A DNA stretch of 64,000 bases from Selaginella moellendorffii (Eukaryota; Plantae; Lycopodiophyta): positions 24,973 to 88,972 of the forward strand of contig NW_003314390.1 in assembly GCF_000143415.4 (NCBI RefSeq). The letters run 5' to 3'. A program made the translations under genes and the position numbers. Of this stretch, positions 22,857-34,610 are shown one piece after another. Every line of letters begins with the position of its first letter. The stretch's first letter is position 1. The notes under the pieces are model-generated. The model saw only the letters and a program-made list of their open reading frames with translations, was not told the DNA's origin and searched no databases.

Positions 22857-25221
22857 CTAATTAGCCGCCTCTTCTGTGACCATTTCTTCAATCACTGGCT
22901 GCTCGAGCGGCTTATCTTCATCCATTGGGGCCTCGGATTTCTGGCACAAAAGAGAAGAACATTTGGTGTAAAGAGATTTGGATCCAGAAAACTTAGAAAA
23001 CAAACCTGTTCCAACGCTTCGAGCTTGCTCAGCCTTGCGAACATGTTGCCATAGAGCTTGGCTTCCTTCTTGTTGTATTCTACTTGCTTTTGCTTCAGTG
23101 ACTTGTACTCCATTCTCAAGTCCCTGTAAGATAAACGCGTGAGCCCTGGTTTGATGCAACGCGATTAAACTATCTTACCGGTTTTGTGGATCAATCTCCA
23201 ACGCTTTCTTGATATCAAACTCGGCCAGGTCCAAATCTGCAGTGCGCGTGTAAGCTTGAGCTCTGCGGTAGAGAGCCTTTACGTTCTGCGACTCCAGCTC
23301 AAGCACCTAGAAATTCAAATGTAAGAAAACAGGTAGACAAGCGAGGAGACTCTCTAACCTTCGAGCAGCACTTGATTGCGTCTTTAAACTCGTTGAGCTT
23401 CAGCTTTGACGCAGCGTTGTTCAAGTTGCAAGAGACTTTGAGTGCCTTGGCTTGTTTCTTCTCGTCGTCACTAAAGTTGGAGTCGTAGTCAATAAACTTC
23501 AGGGCCTGAAATCCTTGTCAGGATGCAATTCATAATAGGAGCGATCGCATATTACCTGTTCGTACTTCTTTGAGGCACGAGCAAATTTACCAGCTTTGTA
23601 TAGAACATTGCCCTCGTCCTTACGGACGGTGGCTTCTTGCAGCTTCTCCTCTGCTTTGTGCAAGTCCCACGAGTCCTTTGCCTAAACAGAGCAAGTTAGG
23701 ACCTAGAAAATCACTGCAACGGAGATTACCTTCACAAAAGAGATCATTTCCACCTCATAAACCAGGGTAGAATTGGCAGGAACCAAAGCGAGATCCCGTT
23801 GAGTATCAACGTCTCCAAACCCGTGCTCAGGACCAATGGTAACAACTGCAACTTCTCCTTTCTTCATCGTCGCCACCGCCTTGTCCAACCCATCAATAAC
23901 TTGTTCTGAAAGAACTAAAACAAGTTAGCAACGGAAAACCCAGATTGACAAAAGACCTTCATCAGTTTTAAACTCGAAGGGATCCTCGTCGTCGCCTTTC
24001 TTCTCAAACACAGTGCCGTCCAAAAGCTTGGCCACATACTTGACTGCATTATCATTATCGTTAACAGAGAGCACGAGATGGTTTTAAGAAACTCACTTTT
24101 CACAATGGTTCCATCGTTGGGTTTGTCATGTCCTTCACTCGCCTTGATAATCTTCTTCGTAATTTTGCCATCTTGGCCGATTTTCTCAACAGTTTTCCAA
24201 GATACCAGCTCCAGATCGATAGAAAGTGTGCCCTGCGATTCGCCAAGACCATCTAGACGATCCAACGCATTAGAAACTTAGCTAAACACACACACAAACA
24301 TCTCACATTTCGGCCTCACGGTCAGCAAAGCTTTTTCCCCCTTCATCATCGTCTTGACAGCAATGGCAAGTGCTTCGCAAAAATGACCTGCGTTATCCGA
24401 ACATAGATTAAGCACATCTTCAGCATAACGAACGCGAGTCCTTACCTTGGTGAACATAAAACTCTGCCCCTTCCTCAGGAGACTGTCCAACTACAAGCCC
24501 AGCTTCATTCTTCGCGACGTACTTCACTGAAAGTAGTAGTGCAAGTGAGTCAAGGACCAAAGCCTGTTAGCCAAAAGCATACCAGTCACTTCGTCGAGAT
24601 CTTTCGGCATCTCATATTTTTTTCCCTCGGAAACAATCTTCTTCACCACGCCACCATCCTTGGAGATATCCTTGACGCTGTCCCAAGACAAGAGCTCAAC
24701 GTCAAACTTGAGCGTCGCATTGGGTGGTATGGTTGGCGGCGACCCAGCTTCTCCATAAGCCAAGGCCGGGGGAATGGTGAACACCGCGTTCTCACCCTTC
24801 TTCATTGTCTTAATGCCTTCGTCCCATCCCTTGATAACTTGGCCTACACAAGCACGAAGAAAGAAAAATCAACACCAGATAGAAATCCATAACTCGCTCA
24901 CCTTGCCCAAGCTTGAATGTGAAAGGATCGCCCCTATCCCTGCTCGAATCAAACTTGGATCCATCCAGAAGCGTTCCAGTGTAGTGAACTGCAAGAATCT
25001 ATCAGCATTGCGACGCCAGGGCGAGAGAGAAGAGCGCTACCTTTCACTTCATCGCCAGGCTCTGGCATCTCCCAGCCAGTTCCGGCCTTGACGAGCAGCT
25101 TCTTGAGGCCATTCTTGCCGATCTCTTGCTCCTCGCCGGCCTTGAGCGGAGCCGCCGATGTAGCTTCCATTCCGGCCTCTTCGTCCATACCCGCGTCGGC
25201 AATCTCGAAATCGTCCGCCAT
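22857..25221 (-). CDS. ROF1: Multi-domain TPR immunophilin, FKBP62/65 (ROF1/ROF2-like)
   Basis: Three FKBP domains ([41 protein letters not shown]), TPR exons, and [14 protein letters not shown] tail. Confidence 0.92.
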
Positions 25222-25483
25222 CGCCAGGAAGAGCACACAACACGAGCCCTAAAACTCAACTCCTTTATAAAAGTCGCAATAGATCCGATGGGTAAGTCAC
25301 GTGGCGCGATACAAGCCCTTGGATCTCCAATCCAACGACCCGAGACTAATTAAGATGCCAATATCCATAGCCTTCTAGATGCTTCTGCAGGCATATTCTC
25401 TCCGGCAAGGCATATTCTCCGAGAACCCTAATTGACAGAGCACGAAATATTTCTCGCCGGGCTAGGGTTTTATAGATCGCGCG

Positions 25484-27029
25484 ATGATTTACACGGCGCT
25501 GGATACATTCTATGTCTCCGAGGAACAGCTCAAGGCCTCGCCTTCGCGCAAGGATGGTGTGGCCGAGGAGACGGAGACAATGCTGCGGCTCTACGGCTGC
25601 GAGCTGATCCAGGAGAGTGGAATCTTGCTCAGATTGCCGCAGGCGGTGATGGCAACGGGCCAAGTCTTGTTCCACAGGTTCTATTGCAAGAAATCCTTCA
25701 CGCGATTCAATGTCAAGGTTTGTAATTTTTTTATCCTCTCCATCTAGGTGAGTCGAGACTGTTTTATCTTTGGTTTGAGTTTCACAGGATGACTGAGTGA
25801 GATTTTCATGGTGTTTTTTTGTAGAGAGTAGCGGCCAGCTGCGTGTGGTTGGCGGCGAAGCTCGAAGAAAGCCCACGAAAGATTCGAGATGTCTTGAGTG
25901 TGTTTCATCGGATGGAATGTAGGCGCGAGAATTATCCTCTCGTGCTACTCGACACAACTTCGAAGGCAAGGATTTCTTTTTCTTTCTTTTGCTTCTCGCT
26001 GTTGTGCTCAAATCGATTTTACAGGCTTACGAGGAAATGAAAGTCGATCTAATAAGAACCGAGCGGCATTTACTGAAAGAGATGGGATTCATTTGTCACG
26101 TCGAGCACCCGCACAAGTTTGTTCTCAATTACTTGCTCCAATTGAAAGCACCTCTCGAGCTCATCCAGGAAGGATGGAATTTGGCCAACGACAGGTAACT
26201 TGCTTTTCCACTTTCCAGTTTTCTTGAGTTTTTGTTTTATGTTCATCTAGCTTGCGGACGACATTGTGTGTGCGTTTCAAAAGCGAAGTTGTGGCATGCG
26301 GGGTGGTTTATGCTGCTGCTCGAAGGTTTCGTTACCCTTTGCCAGAAAATCCTCCGTGGTGGCTCATTTTCCAAGCAGATAAGGCCGAGATTGATGTCGT
26401 ATGCAAAGTTCTTGCTTTTCTGTATCAGCAACCCAAGGCTCACTACGTCGACGTGAGCAAAGGATCAAAGTCGTTCGTTTTGTCAAGCAGTTCATGGGAT
26501 CCTCCTCCAGATGTTCAAGTAAGAAAAACCTTTTACTGATGAGCGGTGTTTGATGATTTAAACTTTTATCAGGGCAAGATCACTGTGAATGGTACCACTG
26601 CTGGTGCTGTTCTTGTCCCGAGTGTGGCTGCTATCGTTTCAGCGGACACCAAAGACGAAGCGCCTCCTATGGCCGATCCAAAAGGAGAAATAGTAGCAGA
26701 AAAGCCTGCTATTGATGGTGAAGGCGTCGAGAAAACAAAGGAGAAAGATGAGAAAGACCGTGAGAAGGAGAGAGAACGAGACGCGAGACGCGATCGAGAT
26801 CGCGAAGAACGGCGAGATAGAGAAAAGAGTAGGGATAGAGAACGGGACCGAGACAGGGAGCGGGACCGGCACAAAGATCGAAGTCATCGAAAGGATAGCA
26901 GACGGGATTACAGTAAGTTCTTCGTCTTCTCTCTCGCAAACTTAACGTTTGGAATTGGTAGCAGGCTACTCGAGTGACAAGTCAAGGTACCATTCGTCCA
27001 GATCAAGTGATCGCCATCGACACCACTGA
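25484..27029 (+). CDS. CYCL1: Cyclin L1 with RD/RE-RS-rich tail
   Basis: [49 protein letters not shown]; HVEHPHKF; arginine-rich C-terminus. Confidence 0.95.
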
Positions 27030-27077
27030 ATCGATACAACGCTTTTGTACGTGTACGTGATTCTTGATTTAAATCCT

Positions 27078-28814
27078 CTAACATCGCTTGACCACTTGTT
27101 GTAAAAGATAAGAACTGTGCAGATTAGTGACACTCAAAACGCTCGTCTCTTCCAAGATGTCCGGAACATAAGGCATGCTCTTGATAAGATCTCGAGCGTC
27201 TTCCAAGTAACCGGCCCTGCAAAGCAAATCAACCATGCAAGCAAAGTGCTGCTTGGTTGGACGAGAAAGATAATCCATTTGCATTGAAACGAAGTAAGAT
27301 CTTCCACACTCCAACTTTCCAGCATACTTGCAAGCGATCAACACACAAACGAAGAACTCATCGTCGGGAACTCCACTTAAGCACCAGCTATGAAACGTAA
27401 AGAACGCCTCCGTGATATGCCCATTATGGGCATACGCTGCCATGAGAGAATTCCATGCTAACAAGCAGCAATGCTGCCATGGTATCGTATCAAAGAATCT
27501 TCTTGCATTGTGGATATGCCCGTTTCGGGCATATGCCGCCACCATGGAACTCCAGGCCAGGGAATCCTTCCATGGAATCCTTGAAAAGAGAAAGTAAGTG
27601 TAGTGCAAGTGACCCTTTCGGGAGTACGCCACCATCAGAGTCGTCCAAGAGATTACATCTTTTTGGAGCTCTGGAATTCGATCAAACACCTCTTTCGCTT
27701 CTTCCAAATGCCCGGCTTGGGCAAATGCCGAGAGAAGACAGTTGCTCACGACTGTGTTGTGCTGCGGGATCTCATCAAACATTTGCTTTGTCTCCTCAAG
27801 TTTTTCATTTTCCGCGTAGCTGTTCATGAGAGAGCTCCACGAAACAGGCTCCCGGATTGGAATCTCGTTTAGGAGTTTTCTAGCTCGATCAAATTGCCGG
27901 TGTTGGGCATAGAGAAGGATCATCCAAGTTACAGAGACTCGATTGTGTTGCGGCATTTTCGCAAACACAAGCTCTGCCTCGCTAGAATTTCCATCTAAAA
28001 CGTAGCATTCCAGGAGTGTGTTCCAGGAGACTATAGTTCTATGTGGCATTTTGTCAAATGTTCTTAAAGCCTCGCAAATATGCCCTGCCCGGGCATATGC
28101 CGCTATCATCGAGTTCCAGGATATAATATCCCACTCTGGAAAGTGGAATAAAAAAATATTCTCAGCATCAAGGATGGATGCTCGGGTATGTGTGTGGAAA
28201 AAGAAAATGGCGCTAAAGGTGATGAGATTCCTCTGTGGAATTCGATCGAACAGCTCCTGGGCTCTATCGAGATGCCCATTCCGAGAATATGCCAGGATCA
28301 TAATGTTCCAGGAAATGATATTGCGCGACGGAATTTGCTGGAAGATGGCCTGGGCATCTTCCAAGAGCTTGTTTTCCGCGTATGATCCGAGCATCGAGTT
28401 CCAGGATGCCAGATCTCTCGCGGGCATCTCGTCGAAGATATCCCTGGCCTGGGAGAGCGATCCCAGCCGGGCGACTGCCGCGAGCATCGAATTCCAGGAG
28501 ATTAGATCCCGTTGCGGCATCGCGTGGAAAACCTCCACTGCCCTGTTCAGCTGATCGTTGTGTGCGTAGGAGGCGAGCATCGCGTTCCAGGCGACGCAAT
28601 TGCGAGTGGGCATCGCGTCGAAGAGGAGCCTTGCTTCGTCCGGATGCCCGTTTTGGGAATACGCGCAGAGCATCATGATCCAGGAGAAATTGTCGCGCGT
28701 GTCGATCGAGATTCCGCGGAAGATCGCCTCTGCCTGCTTCACATTTCCCGATTTCCCGGATGCCTCGATCATCCTGTTGAGCGCCGGCACATCCTGCTCA
28801 AGAACGAAGATCAT
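27078..28814 (-). CDS. PLS-class pentatricopeptide repeat protein (tandem ~31-aa S-type repeats, truncated E domain)
   Basis: Repeated FDxMPxRDxxSWNxMxxAY units; HFACMVDLLCRAGYLEDARDLIKSMPY. First ATG at 28814. Confidence 0.9.
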   Translation of the reverse strand: MIFVLEQDVPALNRMIEASGKSGNVKQAEAIFRGISIDTRDNFSWIMMLCAYSQNGHPDEARLLFDAMPTRNCVAWNAMLASYAHNDQLNRAVEVFHAMPQRDLISWNSMLAAVARLGSLSQARDIFDEMPARDLASWNSMLGSYAENKLLEDAQAIFQQIPSRNIISWNIMILAYSRNGHLDRAQELFDRIPQRNLITFSAIFFFHTHTRASILDAENIFLFHFPEWDIISWNSMIAAYARAGHICEALRTFDKMPHRTIVSWNTLLECYVLDGNSSEAELVFAKMPQHNRVSVTWMILLYAQHRQFDRARKLLNEIPIREPVSWSSLMNSYAENEKLEETKQMFDEIPQHNTVVSNCLLSAFAQAGHLEEAKEVFDRIPELQKDVISWTTLMVAYSRKGHLHYTYFLFSRIPWKDSLAWSSMVAAYARNGHIHNARRFFDTIPWQHCCLLAWNSLMAAYAHNGHITEAFFTFHSWCLSGVPDDEFFVCVLIACKYAGKLECGRSYFVSMQMDYLSRPTKQHFACMVDLLCRAGYLEDARDLIKSMPYVPDILEETSVLSVTNLHSSYLLQQVVKRC

Positions 28815-28864
28815 TGATCTTGGCGCCAAAAGCTCTATTTAAAAATTAGGGCTCTTGGTTCCAG

Positions 28865-31369
28865 CTAGGGTTCTTGACGATAGGAGAATGTGGTGCCATC
28901 GCCATCCACGGCGATACTGAGAATCCCCGGCGCCTGGACATCGAAATGGAAGGTAAGTGGCGGCGGCTCGATCTCCTCCTCGCTCTCCAGCATTCGTACC
29001 ACTGCATCCATCGTAGGTCTAGCTGCTGGATCTTCTTGCACACACCAAAACGCTGCGTGGATCAAATTCTTCGCCTTTGCCGCGTCGGCCGACGCTCGGA
29101 TGCTCGGATCCACCACTTCCATCGCATTCCCTCTCTGGACTTCCCTCATGGCCCAGGCCGGGAAGTACGTGTCGACCTTGGCGCAATCCAGGTTTCTCCT
29201 CCCGCCGATGAGCTCCAAGAGCACCATCCCATAGCTGTAGACGTCGCATTTCTTGGTCGCTGTGGAGTGCATGAGCCACTCCGGAGCTAGATATCCTGGA
29301 GTTCCTCTCACTCCGGTGAGAACTCCATTCTCATCTTTGTCCATGAGTAGCTTCGCCATGCCAAAGTCCGCCACTTTGGCCTCAAACTTGTCACCCAGGA
29401 GGATGTTTTGTGGCTTGATATCCAAGTGGATGATCGAGTCTCTGGATTCCTCGTGCAAGTAGGCCAGCCCTCGAGCAGTGTCGAGAGCAATGCTGTGTCG
29501 AAGTTTCCAGTCCAGTTTGTTCTTGCTGTCCGAGAAGATCCATCTGTCCAAGGAGCCATTGGGCATGAACTCGTAGACGAGCAGTCTGTGTGAAGCTTCG
29601 GCACAAAAGCCGTGAAGTTTGACGATGTTGATGTGGCTTATGCCTCCCAGGGCCTGGACTTCTGCGATGAATTGTTTCTGTGCGTGTTGGGCGCTGAGTT
29701 TCTTCACAGCTAGCTTCATCTTGTTGTCAAGAACTCCCTCGTACACGGTGCTGTAGCCTCCTTGTCCCAGCACGGTTGTGAATCCTTTGGTGGCGGAGTG
29801 AAGGCCTCGGTATGAGAATTGGAAAGGTGACGCCTCCACACGGGTGAGAAAGCTGCTTAACTCTCTGAGTAAGACGTTTCTTCGATGCAGGGCAGCGAAC
29901 ATCACTGCGAGGATTGTAATAGCAATTGCAGCACTTCCAGAGGTAACTCCGATAACTATATGCTTCGCAGTTTCTGATCTTGGATGGTCCACAGGCACCA
30001 ACCTGGAGTAGTTCTGGTACTTCAGAAAGCCCACCAGCTGGTTCGCCTTGGATGGATCAAGTGTCAAGCTTCCCAGAACGTCTTCCACGTAAAAACAGTT
30101 TTGGAGTGCTCTGTCATAGAAGAATGCAGCGCAGCTGCAAGTGGATTTGCATTCCTCGAGGCATTCTTCCAACGGAGCACCTGTTCTATTCGGAGGATTG
30201 TAGCTGTCGGTGATGTATGAAGTGCCTGCCATGGTGACAAAATCGGTCTCATACCTGGTGCTGCAATTCTGAAGCGAGGACCATTCTGGCCTGGAGCATT
30301 TTTCAGGTACCGAGGTAGTCGAGTTGTTTGTTTCATTGGTGAAGCACTGACACTGCTTTCCTCTCTCAAACAGTCCGTAGCTCCCGCATGGAACCGGTTG
30401 CTGGAAATATTGATCTAAGGTCTCTAGCTGCCAGCTTCCATTGGCGAATTCTCGCCTGAAAGAAACGATGATTCCATCGTTTCCGAACTGGAAATACCTC
30501 ATGGTAGTGTTTCCTGGGAATATTTTTCCGTTCCGGGAGGAGCCGCACGGCTGCTGGTTACCACCTCCACTACTTACAGGTTCGTATGCCAAGCTGATTT
30601 CTCCTGCGGATGATAAACTCACTGCTGTTCTAAATCCTGCGCAGGTTCCAGTGGCTGAGCTTAAACTCGTTCCGGTGAGGCTCCATAACAAGTACGGCTG
30701 TTTTGCCTTTGGAGGGTTGCGCATGTACGCTACCATTCCACTCGGCTCGACTTGTAGGATAAACGGACCTTCGCTTGGATCTGAAGCGTCTTTGTTACTT
30801 ACCAGGACCTGTCCCGTCACTAACTTTTGATTTGGCAGGAGTGCGTTACTCGGATGATCGAAAAACTCCCATACGGTGATCCGAGATTCATTGTAAAGCT
30901 GCAAATTCCCCGAATTCTCGATGCCGATGAACGCAGTGCTTTGCTCTGAGGACCACGCGATAGAACCATTCCTATCGAGCAGCTGCAACCGGCCATCCAC
31001 TCGGGTAAGCATGCAATTCTCAGTTACTGGAATGTCCCGGTTGGCTATCCAGACAGGGGCAGCTGTGGACGAATTGCGAGTGCCAAACATCAATGCCAGG
31101 TAGTACTTGTTTGTTCCGTTGAAGTTCAAGAATGCTAAGCCAAAATTCTCATTGTCGCTGAGCAGAAGTTCGCGTGTTCTTGGAGTCCTGCCTTCCGCGA
31201 CCGCGCTTAGCAAACGATAGCTTCCGGACCTGCCATCACCTGGAGATTCAGGGGCACTCTCATTGATGAAAGTTCTCCATCCCTCGGGTATCGGGTATAG
31301 CTTTCCTTTACATCTTACAATTAACAACGCAAGTCGCAGGAGGAACAACGCAACCACTTGCTGCTTCAT
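28865..31369 (-). CDS. G-type lectin S-receptor-like kinase (SD-2 type), intronless
   Basis: Signal peptide, bulb lectin (VWIANRD, GNLQLY, WEFFDHPSNALLP), EGF/PAN Cys, TM, kinase HLDIKPQN (non-RD), DFG, GYLAPE. Confidence 0.96.
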   Translation of the reverse strand: MKQQVVALFLLRLALLIVRCKGKLYPIPEGWRTFINESAPESPGDGRSGSYRLLSAVAEGRTPRTRELLLSDNENFGLAFLNFNGTNKYYLALMFGTRNSSTAAPVWIANRDIPVTENCMLTRVDGRLQLLDRNGSIAWSSEQSTAFIGIENSGNLQLYNESRITVWEFFDHPSNALLPNQKLVTGQVLVSNKDASDPSEGPFILQVEPSGMVAYMRNPPKAKQPYLLWSLTGTSLSSATGTCAGFRTAVSLSSAGEISLAYEPVSSGGGNQQPCGSSRNGKIFPGNTTMRYFQFGNDGIIVSFRREFANGSWQLETLDQYFQQPVPCGSYGLFERGKQCQCFTNETNNSTTSVPEKCSRPEWSSLQNCSTRYETDFVTMAGTSYITDSYNPPNRTGAPLEECLEECKSTCSCAAFFYDRALQNCFYVEDVLGSLTLDPSKANQLVGFLKYQNYSRLVPVDHPRSETAKHIVIGVTSGSAAIAITILAVMFAALHRRNVLLRELSSFLTRVEASPFQFSYRGLHSATKGFTTVLGQGGYSTVYEGVLDNKMKLAVKKLSAQHAQKQFIAEVQALGGISHINIVKLHGFCAEASHRLLVYEFMPNGSLDRWIFSDSKNKLDWKLRHSIALDTARGLAYLHEESRDSIIHLDIKPQNILLGDKFEAKVADFGMAKLLMDKDENGVLTGVRGTPGYLAPEWLMHSTATKKCDVYSYGMVLLELIGGRRNLDCAKVDTYFPAWAMREVQRGNAMEVVDPSIRASADAAKAKNLIHAAFWCVQEDPAARPTMDAVVRMLESEEEIEPPPLTFHFDVQAPGILSIAVDGDGTTFSYRQEP

Positions 31370-31473
31370 GAGGAGACCCTCTCTGGATCCTTTTTTCTGG
31401 ATAGGGAACACACGTTCTCCGCTTGCAAGCTCCAGGAAAACGTGTAGCGACAGTAGCGTGGCGACCTTTCGGG

Positions 31474-32005
31474 CTTTCAGGGACTAGACTTGACTTGGTT
31501 CTTCGGGCTTCGGATTCACTAACGAGAAGAAGCTAAGTTTGGATTGCTTTTTTTCTTTGACTCCTGTTGTGTTTGTGAAGGATGTGACATCCCGTGAGTA
31601 CCATTCAAATTTCATGTAAAGTTAGCTTCGTCTTTGCAAGGTCAATTTTACCTGTCCTGTTTTTCTTCTCCCGCCTGCAATTTCTGTCCTGTCCAGACTT
31701 TCAGGAACTAGACTTGACTGTTTCTTTCGGGCTTCGGATTGACTAAGTGGAAGGAGAAGAAGATAGACCTTGTTTATAGCAATTCAGATTTCATGTATCA
31801 GCTAATTTAGCTTCGTCTGTGCAGGGATTGCTGGCACAAAGTAGAGGATCCGCTTGAAACACAGGTCAATTTTACCTTATCGTATCGTGTCATGTTTTTC
31901 TTCTGCAATTTCTGTCCTGTCCAGACTTTCAGGAACTAGACTTGACTGGAAGTGAGGCTGTTTCTTTCGGGCTTGGAATTGACTAAGTCGAAGGAGAAGA
32001 AGCAG
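31474..32005. promoter_or_regulatory. ~225-bp unit repeated ~2.3 times, rich in W-boxes, in the bidirectional RLK promoter
   Basis: Units start ctttcagg(g/a)actagacttgact at 31474, 31698 and 31926. About eight TTGAC(C/T) cores on either strand. Confidence 0.75.
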
Positions 32006-32047
32006 AATCAACTTACAGCTCTAGCAAATCAACAGAGCCCTCTGCAG

Positions 32048-34594
32048 ATGTACGCAATGAAGCTGCTTATTGTCTCAGTCTTCCTGGTGTGGATGATTTC
32101 TATACTTGCGCACGGAACCAAGTATCATCTGCCACAAGGGTGGGAAGTAGTAAACAACAACAGGCTGCCAGAATTCACAGCATCACAAGGCAACGCGAGC
32201 TATCGGCTGCTCCAAGCGGGTAACACATCCCTCGTAAGTCAGGATGGGAGATTTGCTTTATCCTTCTTCCGATTCAATGACTCGCCCAGGTACTACTTTG
32301 CATTAGTCTTTGGTGCCAGCAATTATACGAGCAGCTCAGCATCAGGTGTCTGTGTTTGGAGTGCAAACCGGGACAATCCTGTTACTGAAAATGCGACTCT
32401 TCAACTCTCGGATCAAGGTCTGTTGCAAGTTATGGATTCAGATGGAAGAGTGGTCTGGAATTCTCCCCGTGGAGTTTCTGGGATAGAGGTTCAAGACAGT
32501 GGGAACGTCGTTCTCTACGACTCCACAGGTGGTGTCTCCTGGCAGAGTTTCGATCATCCTACAGATGTTCTCTTGGAGGGACAGGTTATAGTTACGGGAC
32601 AGAGCCTCGTGAGCAGCAGCAGTTCATCGAGCCTGTCAAGTGGGAGCATGAAGATGGAAGTTGTGGCAAGCGGTCTTATTTTCTTGCTGGAGCTTGATAC
32701 CGTGCAGCCTTACCTGGTTTGGAACATGTGGAATGGTAACTTGCCGTCGGACGTGACATCGATCAACACGTCGTGCCCGTCTTATCGAATAGCTCTCCAT
32801 TATTCTGCTGGAAGTGTAGAAGGGAGATACCAGGCAACAAGAAACAACACCAGTGATCAGCCATGCGGGCCTCCCACCGCCGCAGTACTTGGAAACTATA
32901 GCAGCACTGACTTACACTATCTCAAACTTGACATCGATGGAAAGCTGATTCCTTACATCTATAACTTTGGACGAGCTTCGTGGGAATCCGGCCAGCCTTT
33001 CATGAGCAACATATTTGGATCCTGCCTCCCGATGACGTGCGAGTCACACAGTGTTTGCGCCGGAAGCTCTCAGTGCAGCTGTATAGTCCAAGGCCAGGAT
33101 GGGGATCAGGAGCAAACTTGCCCGAGTCCGAGCGACATACCTCTCGTGTGCAACCACGAAGTCGAGGCTGAGAACCACCATTTTTTCAACGTGACTGGAG
33201 CAGGCTACTTCTCCAACAATTACACCAAGGCCGACAGAGTTTCCACCTTGAGCGATTGTTGGAACTTGTGCCTATCGAATTGCTCCTGCAGCGCACTCTT
33301 TTACAACAAGCAGGCAAGCACCTGTTTTTTCGTCGACCGGATGTATGGAGGCCTCACCAGAGATCCAAACTTCGATGGTTTCCTCAAGCTACAAAACGCA
33401 GAGCTTTTTGTGCGGGAGGGGCCCAAGGATCGCACACTTTTGCTTGGAGTGAGCATTGCTGCCGGCTTTGTTCTGCTATTAACCTTGGGCTTGGTCGCGC
33501 TGAGAATCTGGAAGCACAAACTCGACAAGGACGCAAGAACTTTGTCTCTGGCACTGCAAGGCTCGGCTCAGAAGTACGCTTACAGGGAGCTTGAGGTGGC
33601 GACTGCGAGCTTCTCGTCAAGCGTTGGAAAAGGTGGCTATGGAACTGTGTTTAAAGGGACGCTGGCAGACGGTAGACAGGTGGCAGTCAAGCGTCTGGAA
33701 GATCCCAAGCACAGTGAGAAGGGATTTATCGCAGAGATGGCCTCGCTGGGACGGATTAGCCACCACAACGTCGTCCAACTCTATGGCTTTTGCTCCGAGA
33801 AGAACCAGCTCATACTCGTCTACGAGTTTATGGCAAACGGATCCTTGGATAAGTGGCTGTTTGAGGATGGCTGCCTGGGATGGGAGATACGCCGGAGTAT
33901 TGCTCTTGGATTGGCTCGAGGTCTGGCTTACTTGCACGAGGAATCGCGGCAGCTTATCATCCATCTCGACATCAAGCCCGACAACGTTCTTCTCGACGAT
34001 AAGTTTTGTCCCAAGCTCGCAGATTTTGGCTTGGCAAAGCTGGCCAAGAGCCGGGACGCAAGCCAGACCGTGACTGATGTTCGAGGAACTCCAGGATATC
34101 TCGCCCCGGAGTGGCTCTTAAACTCGGCAGCGACGAAGAAATGCGACGTCTACAGCTATGGCATGGTGCTGCTGGAGCTCATAGGTGGGCGAAGGAACCT
34201 CTCCAAGCGTTTTATCTTCGGCAGTGGCGGGCACGACGATCGCTCCATGGACGAGGAAGAACGGGCTTTGTGGTGGTACTTCCCGGCCTGGGTCGTGGCT
34301 CTAGCGAGAAAAGGGGAGTTTCTCCGGGTTGTGGACGCGAAGATCCGAGACACTGTAGAGGAGGATCAAGTGAGAAAGCTCGTCCAGGTCGCGCTGTGGT
34401 GTATCCAGGATGATCCAAGGAGAAGGCCGTCGATGGATGCAGTCGTCCAGATGCTGGAAGGCCGGAGGGAGATTTCGGAGCCGCCACTCTCCTTCCGGTT
34501 TGCGTTGAAATCTCCGGGAGTTCTTCGATTTGCTTCCACTGCTTCCATGGGCGTAAGCGTGGCGGTACCGACTGAGCTCTCAGGTCCAAGGTAG
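32048..34594 (+). CDS. G-type lectin S-receptor-like kinase (SD-2 type), intronless
   Basis: VWSANRDNPV, WQSFDHPTDVLL, PAN domain, TM, HLDIKPDN (non-RD), DFG, GYLAPEW. Confidence 0.96.
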   Translation: MYAMKLLIVSVFLVWMISILAHGTKYHLPQGWEVVNNNRLPEFTASQGNASYRLLQAGNTSLVSQDGRFALSFFRFNDSPRYYFALVFGASNYTSSSASGVCVWSANRDNPVTENATLQLSDQGLLQVMDSDGRVVWNSPRGVSGIEVQDSGNVVLYDSTGGVSWQSFDHPTDVLLEGQVIVTGQSLVSSSSSSSLSSGSMKMEVVASGLIFLLELDTVQPYLVWNMWNGNLPSDVTSINTSCPSYRIALHYSAGSVEGRYQATRNNTSDQPCGPPTAAVLGNYSSTDLHYLKLDIDGKLIPYIYNFGRASWESGQPFMSNIFGSCLPMTCESHSVCAGSSQCSCIVQGQDGDQEQTCPSPSDIPLVCNHEVEAENHHFFNVTGAGYFSNNYTKADRVSTLSDCWNLCLSNCSCSALFYNKQASTCFFVDRMYGGLTRDPNFDGFLKLQNAELFVREGPKDRTLLLGVSIAAGFVLLLTLGLVALRIWKHKLDKDARTLSLALQGSAQKYAYRELEVATASFSSSVGKGGYGTVFKGTLADGRQVAVKRLEDPKHSEKGFIAEMASLGRISHHNVVQLYGFCSEKNQLILVYEFMANGSLDKWLFEDGCLGWEIRRSIALGLARGLAYLHEESRQLIIHLDIKPDNVLLDDKFCPKLADFGLAKLAKSRDASQTVTDVRGTPGYLAPEWLLNSAATKKCDVYSYGMVLLELIGGRRNLSKRFIFGSGGHDDRSMDEEERALWWYFPAWVVALARKGEFLRVVDAKIRDTVEEDQVRKLVQVALWCIQDDPRRRPSMDAVVQMLEGRREISEPPLSFRFALKSPGVLRFASTASMGVSVAVPTELSGPR

Positions 34595-34610
34595 CAAAAT
34601 TTGAATGAGT

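Noticed and set aside
26569-26874. Ser/Arg-rich antisense ORFs here and poly-Ser ORFs near 35209-35436
   Set aside because: Shadow frames of the cyclin L1 RD/RE tail and the CCDC97 acidic tract.
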